From the human T2T-CHM13v2.0 reference genome, Homo sapiens, in NCBI RefSeq assembly GCF_009914755.1, contig NC_060926.1: a DNA stretch of 64,000 bases; one strand, given 5' to 3'. The notes beneath the pieces were generated by a model. The model searched no databases. It was given only the letters and a program-made list of their open reading frames with translations, and was not told the origin of the DNA. A program made the position numbers and the translations under genes. This document shows positions 27,285-41,619 of the stretch, one piece after another (the stretch's first letter is position 1; every line of letters begins with the position of its first letter).

Positions 27285-27722
27285 TTCATGGTAGCAAAGA
27301 CATGGAATCAGCCCAAATGCCCATCAACGATAGACTGGATAATGTGGCACATACACACCATGGAATACTATGCAGCCATAAAAAGGAATGAGATCATGTC
27401 ATTTACAGGGACATGGAGCTGGAAGCCGTCATCCTGAGCAAACTAACACAGGAACAGAAAATCAAACACGGCATGTTCTCGCTTATTAGTGGGAGCTGAG
27501 AAATAAGAACATATGGAACCAGGGAGGGGAACAACACACAATGGGGCCTGTCATGGAGTGGAGTTGGGGGAGGGAGAACCTCAGGAAAAATAGCTAACGC
27601 ATACTGGGCTTAATACCTAGGGGATTGGCTGATAGGTGCAGCAAACCACCATGGCACATGTTTACCTATGTAACAAACCTGCACACTGCACATGTACCCC
27701 AGAACTTAAAATTAAAATTAAA
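27285..27722 (+). mobile_element. 5'-truncated L1 (L1PA/PB) 3' end
   Basis: AKTWNQPKCPSTIDWI...HTMEYYAAIKRNEIMSF plus L1 3'UTR ending cagaacttaaaattaaaa. Confidence 0.88.
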
Positions 27723-30349
27723 TGAACTCCATAATCCAAGTTTATGCCTATACGTTTAGCCTATGGTACCTATAGTCCTGTTTTTCCACCCTGATGGCCA
27801 CTCCCCTCCTTGGTCCTGGGTTAAAGGTGTCTTCTTGAACACAGGGAGTTAGCTGATTTCTCCCAAAGCTGCTGAGCAGGTGGCTTTGGTAGAGCCATGA
27901 CTTCCTAATGATGCAAAAGTTTAGACATATTTCTCTTGTTAAAATTCATTTAAACATGCAAAGTTTAAAACCATTTTAAAATGTGTTTCTGCACACAATT
28001 TATTTTAGCCAAGAGAAAAGAAGTGAGATGAGAGCATTCACATCAGCATACTAGAAAGCACTGGAGATGTAACCTGGCAGGACATCAAGTCAGAAAAAAA
28101 AATATGTTTAACTCAGATTGGATGAAAGGGAAATACCACCACCTACCAGTGTGAAAATCCCTTGGCACTTCCTGCATTCTGAAAGTGTATCCACACACAG
28201 GCACATTCCCTTTAATCACGGGGTGCTGGGGAGTGGGGAGGGGCAGATACCACCAATGGCTCTCCCTGGCTGCAAGGAAAAAACATAAGCACTCCCACCA
28301 TTATGATAATCATAGTCTTCAAAGCAACCTCAGAGAATGTGAAAGCCAGCCTTCCATCATAGAGCTGACATAATTAAGTTTCGAAAAAGGTGGTTTGCCC
28401 AGGGTTTTGCTGTGAGCTATTATAGAGTCTGACTTCTGGATGCCCCATCTAGAACTCTCTCTAGCATAGCAACCTAGCACCCAAGGCTGGTACCACTCCA
28501 AAGTTCATTCTTCTGTTCAAACACAGGATTCCTACATGCATCAACCTTTGGCAAGTGTAATTTGAGTAATTATATTGGAAAGCTGCAATTATTTCCTTTC
28601 TGTGGGTCACTGTAGTCTCAGAATATTCATGAGTAAATCTTCCGAATGATCAACCCCTAGTAGTCCGCAGGCGTAGCTGCCCTTTAGAACCACTTGGGGG
28701 TTTCCTTTTGTTAATATTCTGCTGAGACACCAATCCCAAAGATTCTGATGTAATATGTGTGAGTAGGGCCCAGGGATTTGCATTTTAAAGCTCACCTAGA
28801 GGTCTAATATGTGGCCTGGGTTGAGAACCACTCATGGAGAGAGGCAGACTGTTTTTTCTTCTTTTGCCTATAAAGCAAAATATGTCTTGCAGGGATCAAC
28901 TTTAGAGTCTCAAAGAATGACAAGATCTTTGCTCTTCTACAATCTGGATAGCTTTGGAAAAGTCACTTAACCTTCTTGAGCATGTTTTCCCGTCTAGTTA
29001 GTAACAACAGTGCACAGAGAAAACATCTAATTCACCTTGCTATGCCCAGTGCCAGGATCTGAATGGAACTAGCATTTGATAAAACGTTATTGTTGAATTG
29101 AGTGAAGTTGCTACACCGAATGCACCCAATCTCCCTTCCAGCTCCATCACTCTGGGACTACTCATTCATTCACTCAACAAACACTAATATTAAGTTATCA
29201 ACTACATTCAGGCACTAGTTCAAGGGCTTATACCTGTGGGAAAAAAAAATCTCTGCCCTTGTGGAGATTAAGTTCCAGCAAGAGACAGACAGACTGTAAA
29301 TGATGGACCCAATGAAAAAGTAAGTTACAAAGGAGGTAGAAAGTGACAAACATTATGGAAAAACAGAGCAGAGTAATGGGGTTTGTGTTTGTGTGTATAC
29401 ATGTTTGTAGATCTTGGAACTAATATTTTATTGCTGACTGCAATTTTTGCTTATTACATTGCAATATTAAACATTATGCAATGGCCAAGTTCATTCTTAT
29501 CACTGCCCACTTATTAAGAATAAATACATTATTCATTTTTAATGCTGTGTCAGTAAAGCTACAAGACTTTTTTATCATCAGTTTGAGTCTTTTGTTTCCT
29601 CTAAAGTTGGACCTGGTCATTCAGACCAACCATCCTGCTGAGAATAACTAAAAAGCTGGATAAGTGTTGTTTAAAGTACTTTGAAGGGTGTCCAGCATTT
29701 GGGAAAGCTTTTTCTCAAGGAGTATCTGAATTTTCCAGAAGAAGTTGCTAAAATCCTGAGAAATTGAGAAGAGACAACAGTGGCTTCACTGAACTCTAAG
29801 CTCTAACCCTCTATAGTTAGATTTTGTATTTTATGCAGTTTGATGATCTTTGTATTTTAAGGAGAAGATTTAGTTCATTTATATTTACTTGCCAATATAA
29901 CAGAGTTTATTTCTACCACGTCGCAGATCTGGTTCACTCTTAATGGAAAACTACTATCCTTTGAGTTTCTAGTCCTAAATGAGGGGAGATTAATCAGGCT
30001 CCTGTGTTCTGAGACGTGAGATTTATCAGAGCTTCCCGTTCAAAGATTGGAGCCTAATAAATCTCTCCATATTTAGGGTTGGAAACTCAAAGGATAATAG
30101 TTTTCCATTAAGAGTGAACCAGGGCTGTGATGTGATAGAAACAAACTTAATTATATTGGCAAGTAAATATAAAGGAACCAAATCTTCTCATTAAAAGACA
30201 AATATTATGAAACTGCATAAAATACAAAATCTATAGGCTATTTGCTAAAGAGACACTTTAAATATAAGTATACAAAAAGTCAGAAAGCAAAACAATTGGT
30301 TAAAAAAAAAAAGATGCATTATGCAAACACTAACTTTAAAAACTTCCAG

Positions 30350-30762
30350 TGGTGGACACATGACTGAGGCCTGACCAATCAGCAGAATCTAACCCCTCAG
30401 CCACAATGACTGGTTCAGAGATGCACACGTGACCCAAGTCAGTCCAACCAGAACTAATCTCAGGACTTTCCTGATCAACTGAAAATAGGTGCTCTCTGTT
30501 TCCCTAGGGTTGCTGGCAATATGAATAGTGTGAACCTGGAGCTGTCAGAAGTCACTATTCAGAATCTGAGAATGAAGCCTATAAAACGGAAAGTGGACCC
30601 AAGAAATGAAGAGACTCATGGCCCAGGTGATATAAGTTGAGCTCCCAGACACTGCTGTGCCTACACTTTTCAGCCACATGAACCTACAGACTGCCTTTGA
30701 TGCTTAAGTTATTTGAATTGAGTCTTCTGTTGCTTGCAACCCAGAGGGTCCTGACTAATACA
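30350..30762 (+). mobile_element. MLT1K-like LTR
   Basis: cacatgactgaggcctgaccaatcag...tgacccaagtcagtcc...cttgcaacccagagggtcctgactaataca. Confidence 0.6.
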
Positions 30763-31580
30763 TACAATGTAGAAGAACCCTGATCTGACCTGGTCTTCAA
30801 ACCTCTCTGGCTTCCATTTTTTTCAACTCTAAGATGACAAAATTAGATATCACTTGATTGCTAAAGTTCTTGCAGGAGTGCTTAGTGCATGCATATTTAA
30901 GATACTGTATATCTACTTAATAAAAACCCAAACACATCATTGCATTTCTGGTTTATTCATACTCACTCAAACACAGATATTACACTCATCTTAAAATCAG
31001 TACTTCTATTGGCTTTCAGCTATGGTTAACCAAATGACTGAATCTTATATCACAAGTGATTATGCAAGTTGATTACCATTTTCAGAAACTCATTTTATCT
31101 TTAGAGATTTTCTGTAAGTTAAACTATAAAACTGTACTTTTAATGAGCAGTTACTTCTGAATATATTGGGCAAAAGCATTAAGCCATGCATAAAAATTGC
31201 TTCTGATGTAAATAAAAATGGTTTTGGGGTTCATCTTAAAACAATGGCCTGCACATCTAAGATGTCTTACTTGCCAAAAAATAAAATGATGCAATGATTA
31301 CAGTTAATATTCCACTGTTTCAATTCATTCCACATAGTTTTAAACTGAATGGAATGTATTTGAGAACTTTGATCAGCATCTTTTATAAAGTATTTTTCTT
31401 ATATAAGGATGAGCAGATAGCTGTTATAAGAAATAACTATATGTAATATAATACATATAATTTATATTTTATAATATAAAAAATCTAAGAAAGCCCTGCA
31501 TTTGTAGACAAAGGATTCCAATCTCAATGCACTGCTATATGTCTTGGGCAAGCCACCAAGAACCTCTGTGCATTCCAGTC

Positions 31581-33827
31581 TGATATGGTTTGGTTGTGTC
31601 CCCACCCAAATCTTATCTTGAACTGTAGTTCCCATAATCCCCACATGTCATGGGAGGGACCCAGTGGGAGGTAACTGAATCATGGGGGCAGTTATCCCCA
31701 TGCTGCTGTTCTCATGATAGTGAGTGACTTCTCACAAGATCTGATGGTTTTATACGGGACTTTTCCCCCTTCTGCTTGACATTTCTCCTTGATGCCACCA
31801 TGTGAAGAAGGACGCATTTGCTTCCCCTTCCATCATGATTGTAAGTTTCCTGAGCCCTCCCCAGCCCTGCAAAACTGAGTTAATTAAACCTCTTTCCTTT
31901 ATAAATTACTCAGTCTCAGGTATGTCTTTATTAGCAGTGCGAGAACAGACTAATAGAGTAAACTGGTACCACAGAGAGTGGGACGCTGCTGTAAAGATAC
32001 CCAAAAATGTGAAAGCAACTTTGGATCCGGAACCATTTGGAGGGCTCAGAAGAAGAAAGAAAAATGTGGGTAAGTTTGGAACTCCCTAGGGACTTGTTAA
32101 GTGGCTTTGACTAAAATGTTAATAGTGATATGGACAATGAAGTCCAGGCTGAGGTGGTCTCAGAAGGAGATGGGGAACTTGTTGGAAACCAGAGTAAAGG
32201 TCACTCTTGCTATGCAAAGAGACTGGCAGCATTTTGCCCCTGGACCAGAGATCTGTGGAACTTTGAACCTGAGAGAGATGATTTAGGGTATCTGGAGAAA
32301 GAAATTTCTAAGCAGCAAAGGGTTCAAGATGAAGCAGAGCATAAGAGTTTACAAAATTTGCAGCCTGATGATGCAATAGAAAAGAAAAACCCATTTTCTA
32401 GGGAGACATTCAAGCCTGCTGCAGAAATTTGCATAAGTAACAAAGAGCCAAATGTTAATCACGAAAACAATGGGAAAAATGTCTCCAGGGCATGTCAGAG
32501 ACCTTCACAGCAGCCCCTCCTATCACAGGCCTGGAGGCCTAGGAGGGAAAATGGTTTTGTGGGCCAGATCCAGGGCCACCCCACTCTTTGCAGCCTTGGG
32601 ACATGGTGCCTTGTGTCCCACCTGCTTCAGCTCCAGCCATGGCTAAAAGGGGCAAATGTACAGCCCAGGCCATTGCTTTAGAGGGTGCAAGCCCCAAGCC
32701 TTGGTGGCTTACATGTGGTGTTGAGCCTGTGGGTGCACAGAAGTCAAGAACTGAGGTTTGGGAACCTCCACCTACATTTCAGAGGGTGCATGGAAACGCC
32801 TGGATGTCCAGGCAGAGGTTTGCTGCAGGGGCAGAGCCCCCATGGAGAACCTCTGCTAGGGCAGTGCAGAAGGGAAATGTGGGGTCAGAGACCCTGCACA
32901 GAGTCCCCACTGGGGAGCTGCCTAGTGGAGCTGTGAGAAGAGAGCCACTGTCCTCCAGACCCCAGAATGGTAGACCCACTAACAGCTTGTACCACGTGCC
33001 TGGAAAAACCACAGAGACTCAATGACAGCCTGTGAAAGCAGACGGAAGAGGGGGCTATACCCTGCAAAGCCACAGGGTCAGAGTGGCCCAAGGCCATGGA
33101 AGCCCACCTCTTGCATCAGCATGACCTGGATGTGAGACCTGGAGTCAAAGGAGATCATTTTGGAACTTTAAGGTTTAATGATTGCCCTATTGGATTTTAG
33201 ACTTGGATGGGACTTGTAGCCCCTTTGTTTTGGCCAATTTCTCTCATTTGGAACAGGTGTATTTACCCAATGCCTGTACCCCCATTGTATCTAAGAAGTA
33301 ACTAACTTGCTTTTGATTTTACAGGCTCATAGGCAGAAGGAACTTGCCTTGTCTCAGATGAGACTTTGGACTTGGACTTTTGGGTTAAAGCTGGAATTAG
33401 TTAAGATTTTGGGGGACTGTTGGGAAGGCATGATTGTGTTTTGAATGTGAGGACATGAGATTTGGGAAGGGCTAGGGGTAGAATGATATGGTTTGGCTGG
33501 GCCCCCACCCAAATCTCATCTTGCATTGTAGTTCCCATAATCCCCATATGTTACGGGAGGGCCCCCCCTGCTGCTCTTTTCATGACAGTGAATGGGTTCC
33601 CATGAGATCTGATGGTTTTATAAGGGGCTTTTCCCCCTTTTGCTCAGTACTTCTCCTTGATGCCACCATGTGAATGAGGACATGTTTGCTTCCCCTTTCA
33701 CCATGATTGTAAATTTCCTGAGGCCTCCCCAGCCATGCTGAACTGTGTGTCAATTAAACATCTTTCCTTTATAAATCAGCCAGTCTCAGGTATGTCTTTA
33801 TTAGCAGCATGAGAATGGACTAATACA
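31581..33827 (+). mobile_element. Full-length THE1 (ERVL-MaLR, THE1C/D-like) element: 5' LTR 31581-31957, internal region, 3' LTR 33484-33827
   Basis: Both LTRs begin TGATATGGTTTGG and end TAATA(G/C)A. A purine tract precedes the 3' LTR, and a perfect 5-bp TSD CAGTC sits at 31576-31580 and 33828-33832. Confidence 0.93.
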
Positions 33828-35484
33828 CAGTCTCATCATCTATCAAGTAGGGGAAATGCCTCCTCCAAAGAAATGTGAGGATTAAAACACATAATATAGG
33901 GAAAGGAACCTAGCATGTAACCCTTCATGTAAGTAACTGAACACTTAACTTGAATCTGAATGTCCATAAGAATATATTTATTATAAATCCCCACCCATGC
34001 CTCCCCCACAGGATGGTCTTCAGTGTTTGCAATGTCTGGGCATTAATGCTCTGGTGGAGACAGCCCTGGGTGGAGAGTCAGCAAAGTCTAATCCTGACTT
34101 GGACATTCATCTCTTTCACCTTCATTTTCTTCTGCAGAATTAGTGAACTGACCAATACAATTTCTAGAATCCCTTCCCACTCTAAACATCTATAAAATGC
34201 ATTGCTGTTGTAATCAGTACTCAGAAATGACCAGTGGTAGAGTGAGTTCCCCAAATTGCATTGAAAAACAAAGAACTCTACCTCTTCCCCAGTATTCCAT
34301 AAAGCCGAACTCGTTAGTGTCAGACTGGGAGTAGGGCAGGCCTGGAAGACCCCAAGTTCTGGGAACGGAGGATGAATAGTAAGCTGAGGGTCATGCTGAG
34401 CCCTTGACCTGAGGATGAAATTGTTTATGAGCTTCTCTGGGCCTCAAACTGTCCAGAGTTGCCAGAACTGCTCCCTGATGGAGATTTGTTTCTTTGTTTG
34501 TTTGTTTGCTGGGGGTGGGAGAGATCTGTGCATTAGGAGACAAACTGAGCCAAAAAAACACCCAGTTTGCACTCCTTTCTAAACCTCATTACTAAACCTC
34601 ACTGCCCAAATCCTAATCCCTGGGAAATTAACAAGGCTTGGGTTATGAAAACCAAGTCTCCTGGCAGTGGTTGCTAAGCAACAAGTGATCTACAGTCTTT
34701 TAGCCCTGCTTTGGCTCATCAAGCACAGGGGGTCCCACCCCCAGCCCACTCAGATTTCTCATTTATACTGAGCTCATTAAAAAACCAGCAATATAAGTGC
34801 TCTAGGTCAACCCACATGAGCTAGTTTCTTAACAAACAAGTTGACTGGGATAGTATTACAACCCACGATGATTGACGGGGAGGCTGTATTTCTCTGCATG
34901 ATGTATTAAATGTGCCTGAGGGGTGCCAGGTCCTAGGAGGAGGAAACTGACCAAATACCAAAGACCTTTCTCAAACCCTGTGCTGTTGCTTATAATCTGG
35001 ACGGCCTTGCATAATTATTTTTTCAACTTTCTGGCCTCAGTTTCCTCCTCAGTGGAGTGAGGCAATTGGACCAATGACATCTAGGGCCACTTATTCCCAG
35101 TGGCTCAAGTGCCCCAGCAAGCTCTCTGCTTCTCCCAAAGGAGCTCAGCAGACCACAGGAGTTAGCATAAGGCATAACTTACTGGAGTGGAGGGGCAGCA
35201 TTCATGGCCTAGGCTGAGCCAGAGAACAAAGCTTCCCAATTCACAGGCTTTCTTGGGAGGGAGGTACAGGAGGCTGGGCCTTACATGAAGAGACAAGGGA
35301 TTTGAGCCAGCAGAGTGTCCTGGGGAGCTGAGACCTCAGATCACGGCTGGAATGGAGCTTCTGGGATGCTATCACCCAGGTAACGACAGTAGCAAGACAT
35401 TAGTCTGGAATGCAAGGAGAGGCTGCAAGTAACCATCCAGGGGGGATCCTGGGGCTCAGGTTGTGTAAGAAGATAACACAGATG

Positions 35485-36070
35485 GAAAGCCATCTGGTAG
35501 TTCCTCAAAAATTTAAATATGGAATTACCATATAACCCAGTCATTCCACTCTGAAGTATATAACCAAAAGAATTAAAAACTGAGACTCAAACACACACTT
35601 GTACGAGCACATTCATAGCAGCACTATTCACAATAGCTAAAGGGTGGGAACAATTCAAATGTCCATCAACAGATGAATGGATAAACAAAATGTGATATAT
35701 ATGAACAATGGAATAGTATTCAGCCATAAAAAAGCAATGAAGTATGGATAAATACTGCAACGTGGATGAATCTCAAAAACATTATACTAAGTGAAAGATG
35801 CCAGACACAAACAGTCACATAATGGATTACTCCATTTCTATGAAATATCGAGAATAAGTAAATCCATGGAGACAGAATGCAGATTGGTTGTTGCCAGTGA
35901 CTGGGAGGAGGGAGGAAAGGGGAGCAACTGCTTCATGGATACAGTGTTTCCTTTTGGGATGGCAAACATGTTTTGGAACTAGATTATGAACATACAAAAT
36001 GCCACTAAAAGGTTCCCTTTAAAATGGTTACTTTCATATTATGTGACTTTTACTTCAATAAAATGTTTTA
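35485..36070 (+). mobile_element. Old L1M (L1MB/MC-like) 3' end
   Basis: gaattaccatataacccag...aaatgtccatcaacagatgaatggataaacaaaatgtg and the L1M-type 3'UTR. Confidence 0.8.
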
Positions 36071-36469
36071 AGACAACACAGATTCCACAGATATACCTGG
36101 GATGGTTTATGATACAGAGAATTGGAGATATGGGATGATGAGACACCACAGGACGTTTCAAGACTCTTTATTAACTGTCTACTTCAATATGAACAAACTT
36201 CATTGATGTTCCTTTCTAGTCTAATGGACTGTGGTCAGAGGCCTAAGAATAGAATACAAAAACTCTCCAAGGAAGCATGCTTCTTCCCAGGTTTCTCATT
36301 ACGAGTTTACACCAGGAGACAAGCAGCCCTTCATCAGGAGAACCCATGAAGGAAGCAGGTGTACAGGTGAGCCCTAACAGGAAATAAAGACTCCCTTTTC
36401 TAGGAAAGAAGACCTGCCTCCAACTGAGGAAGGAGTTTTCAAGGCATGCATGTAGAAGTAGAAGAGCAG

Positions 36470-36800
36470 GGCTGGGCACATTGGTTCACGCCTGTAATCC
36501 TAACACTTTGGGAGGCCAAGGCAGGGGGACTGCTTGGGACCAGGAGTTCAAGACCAGCAACATAGAGGCCTGGGCAACCTAGAAGGACCCCCGTATCTAC
36601 AAAAATAAAAAATAAATTAGCCAAGTATGGTGGCATGTGCCTGTAGTCCCAGTTACTCGGGAGACTGAGGTGGGAGGAACACTTGAGCCCAGGAGTTCAA
36701 GGCTGCGGTGGGCTGTGATTGCACTCCCACCACTTGCACTCCAGCCTGGGTGACAGAGCGAGACTCTGTGTCTCTAAAAGAAAACAATAAAAGAAAAAAA
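36470..36800 (+). mobile_element. AluJ-like
   Basis: Diverged dimeric Alu with A-rich tail. Confidence 0.88.
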
Positions 36801-37903
36801 ATGTGGAAGGGCAAAGTGAGGCAAGGAGATCAACTGAATGGCCTCTGTCAACAGCCTTGTACCCTGCTGGTCTCCATTTCCTGCACAACATTTGCAAGTC
36901 AATCATTTTTCCAAATATACAGGAGAAAGAAGAAAACAATCAAGCATACTCACATACTACCGGGAAAGATCTATGTTAGGAGAAAAAGCTCTTGACTTCG
37001 CCTAAATTCCCACAGGCTCTACTTGCATTTATGTGCTCTTCTAAGCATATAAAACATCTGTAGGGTCCGGGGAAAGCAAGGGAAGCAAGAAAAACCTTGC
37101 ATAAAATCGACTTGTGATTTTTAAAAAGGTGTCAGCATCGGTTTTTGGCATCACGCTGTTAAGTTTGAACATAATGATAACAATTTATTTTCCTTAGGAG
37201 ACAAAAAGAAAGGTGACTTCCCCTTTAGTCAGTGTGCAGCTCCAAAATTTCCACCCTCCCACATCCTACTCTCCCTTGGTAAAATAAAAAAATAATAATA
37301 ATATGGAATTTACTTCTCTCCAGCTAAAGGTTTATTTGGGGCCTCATAGAAATGCTAATATTAGTTCTCATTTCTCTGTTTTTCCTATTATCTCTCTCAT
37401 TATGAGGCTTTTCTACAGAAATAAAAGAATTCCCTTTTGCACAACCAAAAAAACCAATGGCCAATTTTAAAGAGTAAAAATGAAGATAGAGGGTCACAAA
37501 AACCCCTCGTCAGGAGAAATAAGGCTGTTCTCAAGGGGAAAGGAGCTAAAAATACAATATGGAGAGTAAAGCATAAGGGAAATTTGCATTTTGCTGAATA
37601 TTAGTGCAAGCCTTTCTGCCCAAGCCTGGTTGAAGAACATTGTTTGAAATCAGACCATTACACCATCAAAAACTTTTAAGAAATACTCTATTATCCAATA
37701 ATGCCATTAAAATTAACTTGGTGATTGTAACAAAATACTAAGGAACACACGACAATTATTAAAAGTGTGCTGAGTAGTTCTTAAAAAAAAAATCTTGATA
37801 AGATGGTTGCAGTGTTCCAGCCTCAATAAAAAGTCAAGACAAATTAAAAATATTTAAATATGACTTAGAAAATCTATGCCAACCCTTCTTAAAATAGGCA
37901 TAA

Positions 37904-38316
<413 letters not shown>

Positions 38317-38799
38317 TGAATCTGCTCATTCTCAACATATTATACAGTATGGTAACAGTATAAAGCATAGACTTCTAATTAAAATTGATCAGCTTCCCCA
38401 TTAATGAATCTGGCTAAATAAGAACCAAGAATTATAAGCTTCTAAAGAGCAAAACAATGAGCATAAGCGAAGTCAAATGAAAAATGATACATAGGGAAAA
38501 AGAGATTTACAACACAAAGGACAAAGGGCGAATTTAATTTCCCTCATTAACAACAAGCCATTACGAATCAATGTGGGGAAAATGTACAACCCAAAAGAAA
38601 ATTAGACAAAAATAGGAACAGGCAATTTCATTAAAAAAAAAAAATCTTCCCTCATTCATAATTTTTTAAATGCAATTAAACCAATTAAATATCATGTTTT
38701 ACCTATCAGTTAACACAAAAAAAATGGGGGCTAGTAGGCATTCTCATATGCTGTCAGTAAATTTGCAAAATTCTCCAACCTTTTTGGATGGCAACTTAG

Positions 38800-39090
<291 letters not shown>

Positions 39091-39203
39091 TAAAAACTGG
39101 AAATAATGTGCTTTAGTAAGGACTGAATATGTAAACAGTCACACAATGGCATACTAGTCAACCATCGAAAATAATGGGTTTGCTTTCTGTTTTAAGATAT
39201 GGT

Positions 39204-39479
39204 GGCCAGGCACGGTGGCTCATGCCTGTAATCCCAGCACTTTGGGAGGCCGAGGTGGGCAGATCATGAGGTCAGGAGATCGAGACTATCCTGGCTAACA
39301 CGGTGAAACCCCATCTCTACTAAAAATACAAAAAAAAAAAAATTAGCCGGGTATGGTGGCACACGCCTGTAGTCCCAGCTACTCGGGAGGCTGAGACAGG
39401 AGAATCGCCTGAACCCAGGAGCCACTGCACTCCAGCCTGGGCGACAGAGCGAGACTCCGTCTCAAAAAAAAAAAAAAAA
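39204..39479 (+). mobile_element. AluY/Sc-like with an internal deletion in the right arm
   Basis: gaggtcaggagatcgagactatcctggctaacacggtg; gaacccagga joins directly to gccactgcac; TSD aagatatggt. Confidence 0.9.
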
Positions 39480-39924
39480 GATATGGTAAGATGCTCAAAA
39501 TAGATTAAGGAAAACATTGCAGAACATTACGTATAGGTTGAGTTAGCTTTTATATAAAATAGTTTGCATGCATATAAAAGTATTTACATAGGCTTCACAT
39601 ATGCTTATACATACCAAGAAGAAAATGTAAAACTACACAGCAAAATGGAAACAGTGATTAGTGCAGAGGGATGATATTGGCAGGAGAGGCCGAAGAAAGG
39701 GAAGGGAAGGTTACCAACAGGTCTTTTACACATTTCCATGTGTTTATAATGCCTTAGCAGTTGGATGGCTACCCTTAAAAGGACCCATGAAGATGCAAAA
39801 CTATGAGCTGATTTCATATTTTAAATGCAAGTTAGCAAAATTTACCTTCTACAATTATTTGACAAGAATTTAAAGTGCAATTGACAAACCTTTCAGAAAA
39901 AAGCTGGGAATTGGGCCTTTGGGG

Positions 39925-40087
39925 TAAGGTTGCCATATTTAGCTAATTAAACATACAAGTTTCCCAGTTAAATTTGAATTTCAGATAAATGATGTACAAT
40001 ATTTGGGACACACTTATACAAAAAATGCTCATTGTTTATCTGAAATTCCAATTTAACTGTGCATCTGTATTTTGCCTGGGCATCCTA
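39925..40087. mobile_element. MER53 palindromic MITE
   Basis: ggttgcca...cagttaaatttgaatttcagataaa / tttatctgaaattccaatttaactg...catccta inverted arms with the central atttgggaca motif. Confidence 0.75.
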
Positions 40088-40296
40088 CTTTGGGGTACTT
40101 CGAGGTCCCTGGCTAGCTCCTGGTCTATGTCTTAGTCCATGCTCAGAAGTCCCATGTATTCAACCAGCTGCTTCTTCCTCCATTCCAGTGGTTCTTTTAC
40201 AGGTAGGTGAGGTCTTAAAGAATCTTTTGAAACTTTTGAGCCATTCCCCAGGAGAATATCTACATACAAAATTTGGCATCTCCAGGGTATGTGGGT

Positions 40297-40822
40297 CCCA
40301 CGTGAGCCCCACCCCACAATGGTCGGACCCAAGGACTCCTCCCACAGTCCATGGCACTGTGCAGATGGCCAGCTACGAGGAAGTGAGCATGTTGGACTTT
40401 GAGGAGTTCAACCAGACTATGAAACAGCAAAATCACAAGACCTTTTTTGCCTTCTTTGCCAGTTCCAAGGACATTGGAGGTAACAGATATAGCCCCAATG
40501 GCATGCGGGCCAAACCAGTTGTAGAGACGGGCTGAAGCATGTTCGGGAAGAATGTGCATTCATCTACTGCCAAGTAGGAGAAAAGCCTTATTGGAAAGAT
40601 CCAAATAATGTCTTCAGGAAAAATTTGAAAGGAGCTGCAGTGCTTAACCATGGAACCCAGGAAAAACTGATAGAATCTGAGTGTCTTCAGGCCAGCATAA
40701 TGGAAATGTTCTCTGAAGATTAAGATTTGATGATGGCAGTCATGCCTTGATTTCCTGCTCTGTTCTGGTAAACTGCATACTTGGTTTGAATTCTTGTTAG
40801 CAATAAATAAATAAATGATGAT
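40297..40822 (+). pseudogene. Processed pseudogene of TXNDC17 (TRP14, thioredoxin domain-containing 17)
   Basis: ATG 40365 gives [46 protein letters not shown]..., then after a 1-bp frameshift at ~40524 [34 protein letters not shown]...[19 protein letters not shown], stop 40721-40723. Colinear with TXNDC17, intronless, catalytic WCPDC replaced by YSPNG, 3'UTR with AATAAA at 40802. Confidence 0.93.
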
Positions 40823-40823
40823 G

Positions 40824-41112
<289 letters not shown>

Positions 41113-41206
41113 TAATAATGATGATGATGATTTTTAAAAAAGAGTATGTGAGTGTCCACGCACTCTTGAAACCATCCACAGATCCCAGGTTAAGAATCCT
41201 GGTTCT

Positions 41207-41604
<398 letters not shown>

Positions 41605-41619
41605 TCACCTGTGGTATTC

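Noticed and set aside
32130-33025. 183-aa and 145-aa ORFs
   Set aside because: Decayed THE1 internal sequence with frameshifts; not host genes.
40059-40535. 158-aa ORF ending in thioredoxin-like sequence
   Set aside because: Non-ATG start in MITE sequence running into a frameshifted TXNDC17 pseudogene that lacks both catalytic cysteines.
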